Origin: an uncultured Muribaculum sp.
Lineage (GTDB): Bacteria; Bacteroidota; Bacteroidia; Bacteroidales; Muribaculaceae
NCBI GenBank assembly: GCA_910578835.1
Contig: CAJTSK010000004.1
Location: 7,067 to 71,066 of the forward strand
Reading direction: 5' to 3'
Length of the DNA stretch: 64,000 nucleotides
Shown here: positions 32,480 to 42,856 of the stretch, piece by piece
Numbering within the stretch: position 1 is the first letter of the stretch
How the letters are laid out: each line of letters begins with the position of its first letter
The notes under the pieces: model-generated
What the model saw: only the letters and a program-made list of their open reading frames with translations
Database searches by the model: none
What the model was told of the DNA's origin: nothing
Made by a program: the position numbers and the translations under genes

Positions 32480-33667
32480 CTATTTTGCTTTAACGCCTTT
32501 CGCACCCTTTACGCCACTACCGAGATTAAATATATTCTGGTCGTAGCTTACAGTCTTCATCTCTTTTTCACGCTTGCGTTTAAGCGCAAGGCCGACAAGC
32601 TTGTCCATCAATTTGTCAAACGGTATGCCGGTAGCTTCCCACAGGTAAAACGACAGCGAACCGGGAATGGTATTAATCTCGTTGACATAGATATTTCCGT
32701 CAGCCTTGTCAATCATAACATCGACGCGGCTCACGCCGTGGCATGAAAGCACACGGAAAGTCTCGCCGGCGAGAAAACGGATACGCTCGGTCACATCTTC
32801 AGGCAACTCGGCAGGAATACGCTTCTGAGCCGACTGCATGCCCTTGGTACCCTTCTGACCACCCATATATTTCTGTTCGTAGGTAAGGAAATCGCCTACT
32901 TTTACCGGCTCTTCAAGCACTGACATCTGATAGTCGTCACAGTCGCCGAGCACAGAACAGTTGATTTCCTGAAGCTCACCAATCATATGTTCGACAATCA
33001 ATCGCGCCGAGTAACGTTCCGCCTCATCAATGCGAGCCATCAGCTGCTTGCGGTCATGAGCAGTGCCGATTCCGACACTTGAACCGAGGTTGGCGGGCTT
33101 TACTATGACAGGGTAACCAAGCTTTTCCTCAACCTTCGCCACTATGGCATCGCGAGAGCGGTCCCACTGTTTGTCGGTAAACCATACATAATCCACTACA
33201 GGCACGTCATTAGCCTGAAGAATCATCTTCATAGTAATTTTGTCCATTCCGTTTGCCGACGACAGCACATCACATCCCGCATAAGGGATACCGACGGTCT
33301 CCAACACCCCTTCAAAGATGCCGTCCTCCACGTTAGACCCGTGGAGCACCGGAATCACCACATCAAGCTTCGCTGCAACCGCAGTGCCGCCAAACATCTT
33401 GCGCGCGGTCTTGTAAAGGTTGTAGTCGCCATATACAGGCTGCATGTACACTTCCTCACACTTTTTCAGAAGTTCGGGAATATTACGGTAGTTAGCTACC
33501 TCAAACAACGCGTCGCCGGTGTACCATTTACCCTGCTTGGTTATATAAATCGGGGTGACATCATATTTTTCACGATCAATAGCGTGCATCGCCTGAGACG
33601 CTGAAATCACTGAAATCTCATGCTCAGTCGACCTGCCACCAAAAAATACTCCTATGTTGGTTTTCAT
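32480..33667 (-). CDS. ddl: D-alanine--D-alanine ligase
   Basis: [44 protein letters not shown]. Confidence 0.92.
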   Translation of the reverse strand: MKTNIGVFFGGRSTEHEISVISASQAMHAIDREKYDVTPIYITKQGKWYTGDALFEVANYRNIPELLKKCEEVYMQPVYGDYNLYKTARKMFGGTAVAAKLDVVIPVLHGSNVEDGIFEGVLETVGIPYAGCDVLSSANGMDKITMKMILQANDVPVVDYVWFTDKQWDRSRDAIVAKVEEKLGYPVIVKPANLGSSVGIGTAHDRKQLMARIDEAERYSARLIVEHMIGELQEINCSVLGDCDDYQMSVLEEPVKVGDFLTYEQKYMGGQKGTKGMQSAQKRIPAELPEDVTERIRFLAGETFRVLSCHGVSRVDVMIDKADGNIYVNEINTIPGSLSFYLWEATGIPFDKLMDKLVGLALKRKREKEMKTVSYDQNIFNLGSGVKGAKGVKAK

Positions 33668-33687
33668 TACTATGAATAATTTAATTT

Positions 33688-35265
33688 TTACTTGAATGTA
33701 TCGGGAAGGTCATTTTCATACAACACGGCATCACCGGGAGCAGAGACACGCGCCAATACCGCCTGGGCATCGTTGAACGTGTCAACAGCATATACATTGT
33801 TTTCATCCATTCCCGCGTCACGAAGTCCCGAAAGTATCGCGTCGCGGTTGTAGTGTCCCACAATTATGGCGATATCGACCGATGAAGCTATCTTCCTGCC
33901 GAAAATCTCATTGTACTCATACTGCTTGTCGCCAAGCTCGATCATACCGGGGGTAATGACCACGCGCTTGCCTCCTTTCATTGACGCAAGCACATCGAGA
34001 GCCATGCGCGAGCCGTCGGGATTAGAGTTAAATGCATCATCAATTATGGTTATGCCACCCGGCACATGCTTAACGCTGAGGCGGTGTTCTACCTGCTCGA
34101 TTTTAGCGACAGCGTTACAGATGCGGTCCACAGGCACTTCCATGTATATAGCAACAGCAATCGCTCCGATAAGGTTTGAGATATTAAACTCTCCCACGAG
34201 CTTTGTGTGGAAATCATGGCGACCGGAAGGCGACACAAGAGTAAAATCGGTGCCGTCGGGCGAATACACCAGGTTTTCGACATAATAGACATTGTTACCC
34301 TTGTCGGTAAGAGCGTAACGCACTACAGGCACATTGGTCACCTCACGGTTTGCGACATAAGGGAAATCGTCGTTGACAAAAGCCATTCCATCTGCCGGAA
34401 GTGAATCCACAAGCTCAAATTTTGTGCGCTGCACATTCTCAATCGACTTAAACGACTCAAGATGCTGCTCACCGACAGCGGTCACCACGCCTATCTGCGG
34501 ATGCACCAGGTCACATATTTCCTTGATATCGCCGATATTTTTAGCGCCCATCTCGCAGATAAACACCTCGGTGTAGGGTTTCATCATCTCCCTTACTGTG
34601 CGTATGACACCCATAGTGGTGTTGTAGCTTCCCGGGGTCATCAACACATTGTATTTCTCGCTGAGTATGCGGTGAAGATAGTGCTTGGTGCTGGTCTTGC
34701 CATAGCTTCCGGTGACTCCTACCACGGTAAGTCCGTTCATTGACTTCAATATACGTGCGGCATCATTGTAGTAACCGTTGTTGATATGTTTCTCAACCGG
34801 ACGCAACACTATATTTGCAGCCATTATCACGATATGGGAGCATACATATAAAGCCACTGTCACGAACGAAACCAGATAAAGGCTGCGGCAGATAAACCAT
34901 ACCGCCACGACTATAACCGCACATAGAGACATTGTGGTGACATAGATACGGCGCGCACGGTTGGTCCATACGAGCGGCTTCTTATATCGGGCAGTCAAGA
35001 GCGAGAAGATATTAATCAGCAAAGGAATCATCGCTACCACACACTTGAACCAGTCGGGTACGTTACGTATAAGCATATCCATAGCCGCAATCATGGCAAA
35101 AAGGCGCACCCACGACGTGGTATCACCCGAAGTTGCCAGCCAGCGGCGGTAACGCTCATTGCGATAGCTGTTTTGCTGAAGCATCATCAAGTCACGCTTC
35201 ATCTCCATTGACAGGTTGACGACAGCGATGACTATTAGCGATATTATGAATATAGTGGCATTCAT
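33688..35265 (-). CDS. murF: MurF-type ligase with N-terminal transmembrane extension
   Basis: GVTGSYGKTSTK, SYNT, EMGA, IIDDAFNSNP, GMIELG; first about 150 aa hydrophobic. Confidence 0.85.
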   Translation of the reverse strand: MNATIFIISLIVIAVVNLSMEMKRDLMMLQQNSYRNERYRRWLATSGDTTSWVRLFAMIAAMDMLIRNVPDWFKCVVAMIPLLINIFSLLTARYKKPLVWTNRARRIYVTTMSLCAVIVVAVWFICRSLYLVSFVTVALYVCSHIVIMAANIVLRPVEKHINNGYYNDAARILKSMNGLTVVGVTGSYGKTSTKHYLHRILSEKYNVLMTPGSYNTTMGVIRTVREMMKPYTEVFICEMGAKNIGDIKEICDLVHPQIGVVTAVGEQHLESFKSIENVQRTKFELVDSLPADGMAFVNDDFPYVANREVTNVPVVRYALTDKGNNVYYVENLVYSPDGTDFTLVSPSGRHDFHTKLVGEFNISNLIGAIAVAIYMEVPVDRICNAVAKIEQVEHRLSVKHVPGGITIIDDAFNSNPDGSRMALDVLASMKGGKRVVITPGMIELGDKQYEYNEIFGRKIASSVDIAIIVGHYNRDAILSGLRDAGMDENNVYAVDTFNDAQAVLARVSAPGDAVLYENDLPDTFK

Positions 35266-35280
35266 TGCATAAATGTTTTT

Positions 35281-36084
35281 TTACGAGGTAAGAAAGCTGC
35301 GCAACACGGCAGCAAACTGATAGGGATTGTCAAGAAAGCTGTAGTGTCCGCAACCGGGGAAAGAGACAAGACCCGCCCCGGGAATGTTACGTTCCATGTA
35401 TTTGGCATCGGAAAGCGGTGTTGCAGTGTCATTTTCACCCCATATCAGGAGAGTTGACGCCTTTATATGGGGCATGCGGTGTTTTAAATCCTCATTGACC
35501 ACCTTGCTTAATATGGCTCTCATGCGTGGTGATGCCCCCGCATAGTCAGAAGACCCTGCTTTCGCACGGTAAGCGTCGAGTTTCTTCTCGGCTTTTTCCT
35601 TGCCCATAAGCATATAGAGCAACTTCTTCCACGCCTTGAACGAGTACACCTTAACATAATATTTCGCCGACCTCCGGGGCTTTATGCCCGCTGCGTCGAC
35701 AAGTATCAGCTTGTCCACATCATCGTGGCGCGACGAGTAAAGGATGCCTACCCTGCCCCCGAAGGAGTGACCAAGCAGCGAGGGACGGCTGATAGCCTCT
35801 GCATCCACAATCTTCTCAAGCACCTGCGTGTACTCCTCGACTCCCCACACGGCAGGAGGGTCAGGCGACTCTCCATGCCCCGGGAAATCGATATTATACA
35901 CTTTGCAGCCGGCGTCAACCGCGACTTTTTCTATGCTTGCAAGAGTAGTGGTGTTGCAGCCCCAGCCATGCATGAGCACGATGGGCTTACCATCGCCTTC
36001 ACTTACAGTATAATGTACGGTAGCACCGTTGACCGTGATATGCCTGTCCATCGCCTTATGAGCTAATAACCAAGACCTCGCCAT
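35281..36084 (-). CDS. Alpha/beta hydrolase
   Basis: HGWG, GHSFGG nucleophile elbow, WGENDT, GHYSF. Confidence 0.9.
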   Translation of the reverse strand: MARSWLLAHKAMDRHITVNGATVHYTVSEGDGKPIVLMHGWGCNTTTLASIEKVAVDAGCKVYNIDFPGHGESPDPPAVWGVEEYTQVLEKIVDAEAISRPSLLGHSFGGRVGILYSSRHDDVDKLILVDAAGIKPRRSAKYYVKVYSFKAWKKLLYMLMGKEKAEKKLDAYRAKAGSSDYAGASPRMRAILSKVVNEDLKHRMPHIKASTLLIWGENDTATPLSDAKYMERNIPGAGLVSFPGCGHYSFLDNPYQFAAVLRSFLTS

Positions 36085-37415
36085 TAACGACGGCGCATGT
36101 TGCGCATCATCTTCATGGGGTTAGCCTTCATTGCAGTAGCTGCCTTCATCATCTTGCGGGTGTCTTCAAACTGCTTCAGCAATCGGTTGACCTCCTGAAT
36201 GGTGGTACCCGAACCACGCGCAATGCGCTGACGGCGGCTTCCGTTTATAATCTCGGGATTGATACGCTCCTGCTCAGTCATTGACCTGATGATAGCCTCG
36301 ATACCCTTGAATGCATCGTCGTCGATGTCGAGGTCTTTTATCGCCTTTCCGACACCGGGAATCATCGATGCAAGCTCCTTGAGATTTCCCATCTTCTTAA
36401 TCTGCTGTATCTGATTGAGGAAATCGTTGAAGTTAAACTGATTCTTGGCTATCTTGCGCTGAAGTTCACGCGCCTCTTTCTCGTCAAACTGCTGCTGGGC
36501 CTTCTCTACGAGCGAAACGATGTCACCCATGCCGAGGATACGGTCGGCCATTCGTGAGGGGTGGAAATAATCAAGCGCGTCAAGCTTTTCACCTGTACCG
36601 ACAAACTTAATCGGCTTGGTAACCACTGTGCGGATAGAGAGAGCGGCACCGCCGCGGGTGTCACCGTCAAGCTTGGTGAGGACTACACCGTCAAAGTCAA
36701 GGCGGTCATTAAACTCCTTGGCGGTATTGACAGCGTCCTGACCGGTCATCGAGTCAACCACAAACAGGGTCTCCTGCGGCTTGATAGCTTTCTTAATAGC
36801 CTCGATTTCCTTCATCATCGCCTCGTCGACGGCAAGACGTCCGGCAGTATCGACAATCACGAGGTCATAATGGTTGGCCTTAGCGTGACGTATACCGTTT
36901 TCAGCAATCTCGACAGGATTTTTATTGCCCTCTTCAGTATAGACAGGCACTCCTATCTGCTCGCCAAGCACCTTAAGCTGCTCGATAGCCGCAGGACGGT
37001 ACACGTCGCCGGCAACGAGCAACGGGCGCTTTGCCTTTTCGCTCTTCAGCTTCTTGGCAAGCTTTCCCGACATGGTGGTCTTACCGGAACCTTGCAGACC
37101 CGACATAAGAATCACCGTGGGATTGCCGCTCAGATTCACAGGCGCGGTATCGCCACCCATCAAAGCGGTAAGCTCGTCGTGTACGATCTTAACCATAAGT
37201 TCACCAGGCTTGATGGCATTAATCACATTCTGACCCAGTGCCTTGGCTTTTACCGTATCAGTAAACTGCTTTGCCACCTTATAGTTGACGTCGGCATCGA
37301 GAAGGGCGCGGCGCACCTCTTTCAGTGTCTCGGCAACATTGATTTCTGTAATTCTGCCTTGACCTTTAAGTAACTTGAAACTACGTTCAAGTTTTTCGCT
37401 TAGATTTTCAAACAT
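36084..37415 (-). CDS. ffh: Signal recognition particle protein
   Basis: GLQGSGKTT, DTAGR, TKLDGD, Met-rich M domain. Confidence 0.98.
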   Translation of the reverse strand: MFENLSEKLERSFKLLKGQGRITEINVAETLKEVRRALLDADVNYKVAKQFTDTVKAKALGQNVINAIKPGELMVKIVHDELTALMGGDTAPVNLSGNPTVILMSGLQGSGKTTMSGKLAKKLKSEKAKRPLLVAGDVYRPAAIEQLKVLGEQIGVPVYTEEGNKNPVEIAENGIRHAKANHYDLVIVDTAGRLAVDEAMMKEIEAIKKAIKPQETLFVVDSMTGQDAVNTAKEFNDRLDFDGVVLTKLDGDTRGGAALSIRTVVTKPIKFVGTGEKLDALDYFHPSRMADRILGMGDIVSLVEKAQQQFDEKEARELQRKIAKNQFNFNDFLNQIQQIKKMGNLKELASMIPGVGKAIKDLDIDDDAFKGIEAIIRSMTEQERINPEIINGSRRQRIARGSGTTIQEVNRLLKQFEDTRKMMKAATAMKANPMKMMRNMRRR

Positions 37416-37445
37416 ATGGATTAAGTATCGTTTATTCTGGTTATA

Positions 37446-37802
37446 TTATTTAACTAACTTATTGGTGGCGGTGTCAGGGAATATCACCGAGGGCTTGAAT
37501 GTCTTTGCCTCGTCATAGGGCATCATGGCGTAACACATTATTATTACGATGTCGCCCTTCTGTACCTTGCGCGCCGCAGCTCCGTTAAGACATATCATGC
37601 CTGAACCGCGTTCGCCCGCGATGGCATATGTGTCAAAACGCTCGCCATTGTTGTTGTTGACGATATACACTCTTTCTCCGGGAAGGATGTCAGCTGCATC
37701 CATCAGGTCCTGGTCGATGGTGATACTACCTATATAATCGAGATTGCTCTCAGTGACGGTGACACGGTGAATCTTAGACTTCACTATCTGTACCTGCATC
37801 AT
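37446..37802 (-). CDS. panD: Aspartate 1-decarboxylase
   Basis: [14 protein letters not shown] self-cleavage site, NGAAAR. Confidence 0.96.
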   Translation of the reverse strand: MMQVQIVKSKIHRVTVTESNLDYIGSITIDQDLMDAADILPGERVYIVNNNNGERFDTYAIAGERGSGMICLNGAAARKVQKGDIVIIMCYAMMPYDEAKTFKPSVIFPDTATNKLVK

Positions 37803-37817
37803 TTTCAATCGTGAAAT

Positions 37818-38660
37818 TTAATATTTAATATTATCAATGAGCCTTACATCACCAAGATACACAGTGATACACCCCACCGCTTCCTTGCAGTCGCCCCATT
37901 CAGCCACAGGCTGCATGTCGGCGGCATTGACAATCTCGTAATATTCGACTTCCATTTCGGGAAAAGCATTAATCTTGTCTATCACATTACGCTTTACCTC
38001 TTCAAGGGTCGCGCCGGAAGCCTTTTCTGCCACACTTTCCTTCAACACGCGATGGATATTGGGTGACACTTCACGCTGACGGGCGCTGAGACGCACATTA
38101 CGCGAGCTCAAGGCAAGACCGTCGCTCTCGCGCTTTATCGGGCACGCCACTATCTCTATCGGGAACTTTTCAAGCTCCACCATACGCCGTATCACGGCTA
38201 TCTGCTGGAAATCTTTCTCGCCGAAATAGGCGCGGTCAGGATTTACCATGGCAAAAAGCCGGCTCACCACCTGCGCAACCCCGTTGAAATGACCGGGACG
38301 CATGGCGCCTTCCATTACTGCCGCCACCGGACCGAGGTCAAACACGCGTGTGTCAGGCTCCGGATACATCTCCTCTACCGACGGGATAAACGCGATGTCT
38401 ACACCGGCGTCTTCAAGACGGCGGCAATCGGCTTCCTCGGTGCGCGGATAGGTTCGGAGGTCATCGGGATTATTAAACTGGGTAGGATTCACAAATACAC
38501 TTACAACTACCGCATCATTTCCGGTGCGTGCCTGTTCTACAAGGGAGATATGCCCGTCATGGAGCGCACCCATTGTGGGAACGAGTCCGACCGACTTCCC
38601 TTCCGACTTAAGGGTGCTTACCGCATCCCTAAGCTCTTTCACTGTCCTAATGATTTTCAT
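37818..38660 (-). CDS. panC: Pantoate--beta-alanine ligase
   Basis: [36 protein letters not shown]. Confidence 0.97.
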   Translation of the reverse strand: MKIIRTVKELRDAVSTLKSEGKSVGLVPTMGALHDGHISLVEQARTGNDAVVVSVFVNPTQFNNPDDLRTYPRTEEADCRRLEDAGVDIAFIPSVEEMYPEPDTRVFDLGPVAAVMEGAMRPGHFNGVAQVVSRLFAMVNPDRAYFGEKDFQQIAVIRRMVELEKFPIEIVACPIKRESDGLALSSRNVRLSARQREVSPNIHRVLKESVAEKASGATLEEVKRNVIDKINAFPEMEVEYYEIVNAADMQPVAEWGDCKEAVGCITVYLGDVRLIDNIKY

Positions 38661-38791
38661 TGTCACTTAGCACAAATATTGCTTTCAATCTGCAAAATTA
38701 AACATTTAATAGTTCTTGACCAATCTGCAGGCTTAAAAATCAACTTTTTTGTCGGACATTTAGACCAATCAGGGCTGAAACAGCAATATCG

Positions 38792-39592
38792 TCACTCCTT
38801 CAGCACATCCCTGTCATCGTCACCCGCTACTTTTACACCGTCGCGCCGGTTACGCAACTCCTCCATGTAACTTGCCGTGATAACACCTGACGGCAAGGCA
38901 ATTATGGCGACACCGAAAAGCGACGACAACATGGCTACTGTCCTCCCCACATCAGTCACCGGACATAAATCGCCATAGCCGACAGTAGTAAGTGTGACGG
39001 TCGCCCAATAAAGAGCATCGAAAAACGAATCAAATGTCGCCTTTCCCGTGGCCGGATTGATACGCGGCTCTACATTAAACATTATGAGTGCAGTGATAAA
39101 CACGTAAAACAGAGCCAATATCAGCACTGCGCCCAGCACATGCCTCTCCTTTTTCAAGACGCGGAGAAACATCATAATCTTGCTCGAATAGCGGAATATC
39201 TTCAGCAACCTCACAATCTTCAACAGACGCGTAAGGCGAAAAAGCTTAAAGGATGGATTGATAAGGTTGAGCCCGGGCAATATCGACAAAAGGTCAATGA
39301 CTGCCATCGGGGTAAGGGGATATGCCAGATAGGAGCGCCAGCCGCGACGAAGCTCTATGTCGGCGGTAAACCATCTCGCAAGATAGTCGATGATAAATGC
39401 CACAAGCGTAAGCACCTCAATCACCCTGAACACAGGATAGGAACGCACAAACATAAGCGGCACGATACTGAGGATGATAAGCACAAGCATCACGCTGTCA
39501 TAGATGCGGGCAGCAGTCTTGTCCTTGTTATCCTTATTTATCACATTATAAATAAGGTGTTTTAGATATGGCACTACTTTTTCAGCAGTCAT
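38792..39592 (-). CDS. Voltage-gated-type potassium channel
   Basis: TTVGYGD filter; S4-like RLTRLLKIVRLLK. Confidence 0.9.
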   Translation of the reverse strand: MTAEKVVPYLKHLIYNVINKDNKDKTAARIYDSVMLVLIILSIVPLMFVRSYPVFRVIEVLTLVAFIIDYLARWFTADIELRRGWRSYLAYPLTPMAVIDLLSILPGLNLINPSFKLFRLTRLLKIVRLLKIFRYSSKIMMFLRVLKKERHVLGAVLILALFYVFITALIMFNVEPRINPATGKATFDSFFDALYWATVTLTTVGYGDLCPVTDVGRTVAMLSSLFGVAIIALPSGVITASYMEELRNRRDGVKVAGDDDRDVLKE

Positions 39593-39633
39593 GGCATGAT
39601 TATAGATAAAAAGTCGTTGAATTTAGAGTTTGA

Positions 39634-40116
39634 TTAATCGCCCCACACTACAGGCGAGCCGGGTTCTGACCGCGCCACATCGATAAGGCGCTGGTTGGAC
39701 GACCCGCGGAAACGTAACCCTACATCACGCCTTGACTCAATAAAAGCGCCATCAACCAGCACATCTATGTATGGCAACACGCCCGACAACCGTGGCGACG
39801 CGCTCACCTGCTCATAGGTGTAACCTGTGTAACACCACACATTCCTGCCAGCCTCCTTTAGACGCCGGGCAAGCTCAGTCACTCCCTCAACCTGCATCAA
39901 GGGGTCGCCGCCTGAAAGCGTGACATTGAAGTCATTTTCGTCAATGACGGCTATTATCTCGTCAATTGTCATTTCCATACCCCCGGCAGCATCCCATGAC
40001 TGGGGGTTATGACATCCGGGGCAATGATGATTGCAACCGGCAAAATATACAGAAGTGCGGAGCCCCGGTCCGTCGACCGAGGTTCCGCCTACTATATCAA
40101 GCACTCTAAGTGTCAT
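39634..40116 (-). CDS. nrdG: Anaerobic ribonucleotide reductase activase
   Basis: VDGPGLR, CNHHCPGCHN radical SAM motif, RGSSNQR. Confidence 0.95.
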   Translation of the reverse strand: MTLRVLDIVGGTSVDGPGLRTSVYFAGCNHHCPGCHNPQSWDAAGGMEMTIDEIIAVIDENDFNVTLSGGDPLMQVEGVTELARRLKEAGRNVWCYTGYTYEQVSASPRLSGVLPYIDVLVDGAFIESRRDVGLRFRGSSNQRLIDVARSEPGSPVVWGD

Positions 40117-42323
40117 TATTTATGCACTATGCGGTCGTTAAGTTCTGCAAGCTTCGCACTGTTCCATCGGTCGGTCGTACCGACAAGGTAACCGGTGATG
40201 CGCTGAAGTTTGTCTATAGAATGGCTGCCACATTTCGGACATTCGTCAAGATTTTCCTGGGCATCCTCATAACCGCAATGCATGCAGCGGTTGCGATTAT
40301 GGTTGACTGAGCCGTAACCGATGTTATACTTGTCCATAAGGTCCACGATGTCACAGATAGCCTCGGGATTGTGGGTTGCATCGCCGTCAATCTCCACGTA
40401 GAAGATATGACCGCCACGGGTAAGTTCATGATAAGGAGCCTCAACTTCAGCCTTATGGCGGGGAGAGCAGTGATAATATACCGGGACATGGTTGGAGTTG
40501 GTATAATATACCTTGTCGGTGATGCCCGGAATCACGCCGAATGTCTTGCGGTCAGCTTTGGTAAACTTGCCCGACAGACCCTCGGCAGGAGTTGCAAGCA
40601 CTGAGAAATTATGCTGGAATTTTTCAGAATACTCATTGGCACGGCTGCGCATGTGAGACACGATTCTCAATCCGAGAGCCTGCGAGTCGGCATCCTCGCC
40701 ATGATGTTTTCCGGTGAGCGCCACCAGACATTCGGCAAGACCGATAAAGCCTATACCGAGAGTACCCTGGTTGATAACCGGCTCGATGGTATCGCCCGGC
40801 TTAAGATTTTCGCTACCCCTCCACAAGCGCGTCATGAGCAACGGGAATTGCTTGGCAAGCGCGGTCTTCTGGAAGTCGTAACGGTCGCAAAGCTGACGTG
40901 CGGTGATATCAAGCACCTCATCAAGCTTGCTGAAGAATCGTCTTATGCGCTCTTCTTTGTCAAGGATGCTCATGCACTCAATGGCTATGCGCACAATATT
41001 GATGGTAGAGAAGCTGAGGTTACCGCGACCGATGGAAGTCTTCTCGCCGAAACGGTTCTCAAACACGCGGGTGCGGCATCCCATCGTAGCGACCTCATAT
41101 TCGTAACGCTTCGGGTCGTTGATATCCCACTTCTCATGATGGTTAAACGGCGCGTCAAGATTCACGAAATTGGGGAAGAAGCGACGCGCTGTCACCTTGC
41201 ACGCAAGTTTGTACAGGTCGTAGTTGCGGTCTTCGGGCAGATAGCTCACGCCACGCTTTTTCTTCCATATCTGTATCGGGAAAATAGCCGTGGCACCGTT
41301 GCCTACACCTTCATAAGTAGAGTTAAGCAGCTCGCGGATAATGCATCGGCCTTCAGCCGAGGTGTCGGTACCGTAGTTTATTGAACTGAACACCACCTGG
41401 TTGCCTCCACGTGAGTGAATCGTGTTCATATTATGGATGAAAGCCTCCATTGCCTGATGCACGCGTCCCACGGTCTTGTTGATGGCATGCTGCTTCACGC
41501 GCTCTTCACCGGTGAGTCCGTCAAGAGGCTTCTTTTCATAGTCATTGATTTCCACATCATAGAGCGAAGAATAATCCTTGCCGTCAAATGCCTCCACCTG
41601 CTTCACCTCTTCTATATAGGAAGAGCGCACAAAGGGAGCGAGATAGAAATCAAAGGCAGGTATCGCCTGACCGCCGTGCATCTCATTTTGCGCGGTTTCG
41701 AGCGAGATACATCCGATAATGCTCGCAGTCTCGATGCGCTTTGCCGGGCGCGATTCGCCATGACCGGCAGTAAATCCGTGGAGAAGTATATTGTCAAGCG
41801 GATGCTGCACACAGGTAAGGCTCTTGGTAGGATAATAATCCTTGTCATGGATATGCAGATAGCCGTTGCGCACAGCCTCGCGGGCTTCATGAGACAGAAG
41901 GTAGTCGTCGACAAACGGTTTTGTGGTCTCGCTGGCAAATTTCATCATCATGCCTGCGGGAGAATCCGTATTCATGTTGGCGTTTTCACGGGTGATGTCG
42001 TTGCTTTTAGCCTCGATAATCTCAAGGAACATGTCGCGGGTTTTGGCGCGACGCGCGATATTACGCTGGTCGCGATACGCGATATAGCGTTTTGCCACCT
42101 CCTTGCGGGGGCTCTTCATAAGCTCGACTTCCACACGGTCCTGGATTTCCTCCACAGTCATGCGGTCATTGCCCGACATGCTTATACGGTCTGTGATTTT
42201 ATGTATGAGAGATTCATCCTCCCCCATTTCAGTTTGAAGCATTGCTTTGCGGATTGCCGCCTTGATTTTTTCATCGTTATAGCCTACGACACGACCGTCG
42301 CGCTTAACTACTGTCTGTATCAT
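40116..42323 (-). CDS. nrdD: Anaerobic ribonucleoside-triphosphate reductase
   Basis: ATP cone VVKRDGR, TMGCRT, ATPAEGL, RITGYL glycyl-radical site. Confidence 0.97.
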   Translation of the reverse strand: MIQTVVKRDGRVVGYNDEKIKAAIRKAMLQTEMGEDESLIHKITDRISMSGNDRMTVEEIQDRVEVELMKSPRKEVAKRYIAYRDQRNIARRAKTRDMFLEIIEAKSNDITRENANMNTDSPAGMMMKFASETTKPFVDDYLLSHEAREAVRNGYLHIHDKDYYPTKSLTCVQHPLDNILLHGFTAGHGESRPAKRIETASIIGCISLETAQNEMHGGQAIPAFDFYLAPFVRSSYIEEVKQVEAFDGKDYSSLYDVEINDYEKKPLDGLTGEERVKQHAINKTVGRVHQAMEAFIHNMNTIHSRGGNQVVFSSINYGTDTSAEGRCIIRELLNSTYEGVGNGATAIFPIQIWKKKRGVSYLPEDRNYDLYKLACKVTARRFFPNFVNLDAPFNHHEKWDINDPKRYEYEVATMGCRTRVFENRFGEKTSIGRGNLSFSTINIVRIAIECMSILDKEERIRRFFSKLDEVLDITARQLCDRYDFQKTALAKQFPLLMTRLWRGSENLKPGDTIEPVINQGTLGIGFIGLAECLVALTGKHHGEDADSQALGLRIVSHMRSRANEYSEKFQHNFSVLATPAEGLSGKFTKADRKTFGVIPGITDKVYYTNSNHVPVYYHCSPRHKAEVEAPYHELTRGGHIFYVEIDGDATHNPEAICDIVDLMDKYNIGYGSVNHNRNRCMHCGYEDAQENLDECPKCGSHSIDKLQRITGYLVGTTDRWNSAKLAELNDRIVHK

Positions 42324-42358
42324 TATCGGATAGTGTTATAGTAAAAGTTTTTCTAATG

Positions 42359-42390
42359 CAAAACTACATAGACTCATCCGAATAAACAAA
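42359..42390 (-). promoter_or_regulatory. nrdDG promoter
   Basis: Minus-strand TTTG (42387-42390), 20-nt spacer, TAGTTTTG (42359-42366). Confidence 0.65.
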
Positions 42391-42856
42391 TTATTCCGCA
42401 CCTAAGTTATCAACAATTTTTCTTTTTGGAAAACTTTTCAGCGCATCCAAAAATTTAAATTATTATAAATCAGCATATTGAAAAATATTTTGGAAAACTT
42501 TCATAAATTCACACCTATACAAAATTCACTATATTGTCACATCACGCCATTTCAAGCAGAACGAGGCAGAATCCCGAATTGCACTACAAAAATCACAATC
42601 CACAGCACAATTACAATGCAATTTACAGCTAACTGGCGGTAACATTTCTGACGTACACAATAGTATGTAAGAACCTCGAGATAGCTCGCAAGAGAAAGCG
42701 CGCTGACCACATCCGGAAAACAATGTTTAATTCCCAATTCAACATACACTTTATCTCCCCATTTTTAGAGGGCATTTAATAAATTCTTACAACCACACAT
42801 TTTAATATATATTGCAATTGTATTATTTTTGCATAGTAATCATATATTTTATAAGG

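Noticed and set aside
36561..42341. Long antisense ORFs (36561-37373, 40611-41384, 41415-42341)
   Set aside because: Shadows of ffh and nrdD on the opposite strand; no protein motifs.
42520..42540. NrdR-box-like CACTATATTGT upstream of nrdD
   Set aside because: Single poor match far from the promoter; NrdR is generally reported as absent from Bacteroidetes.
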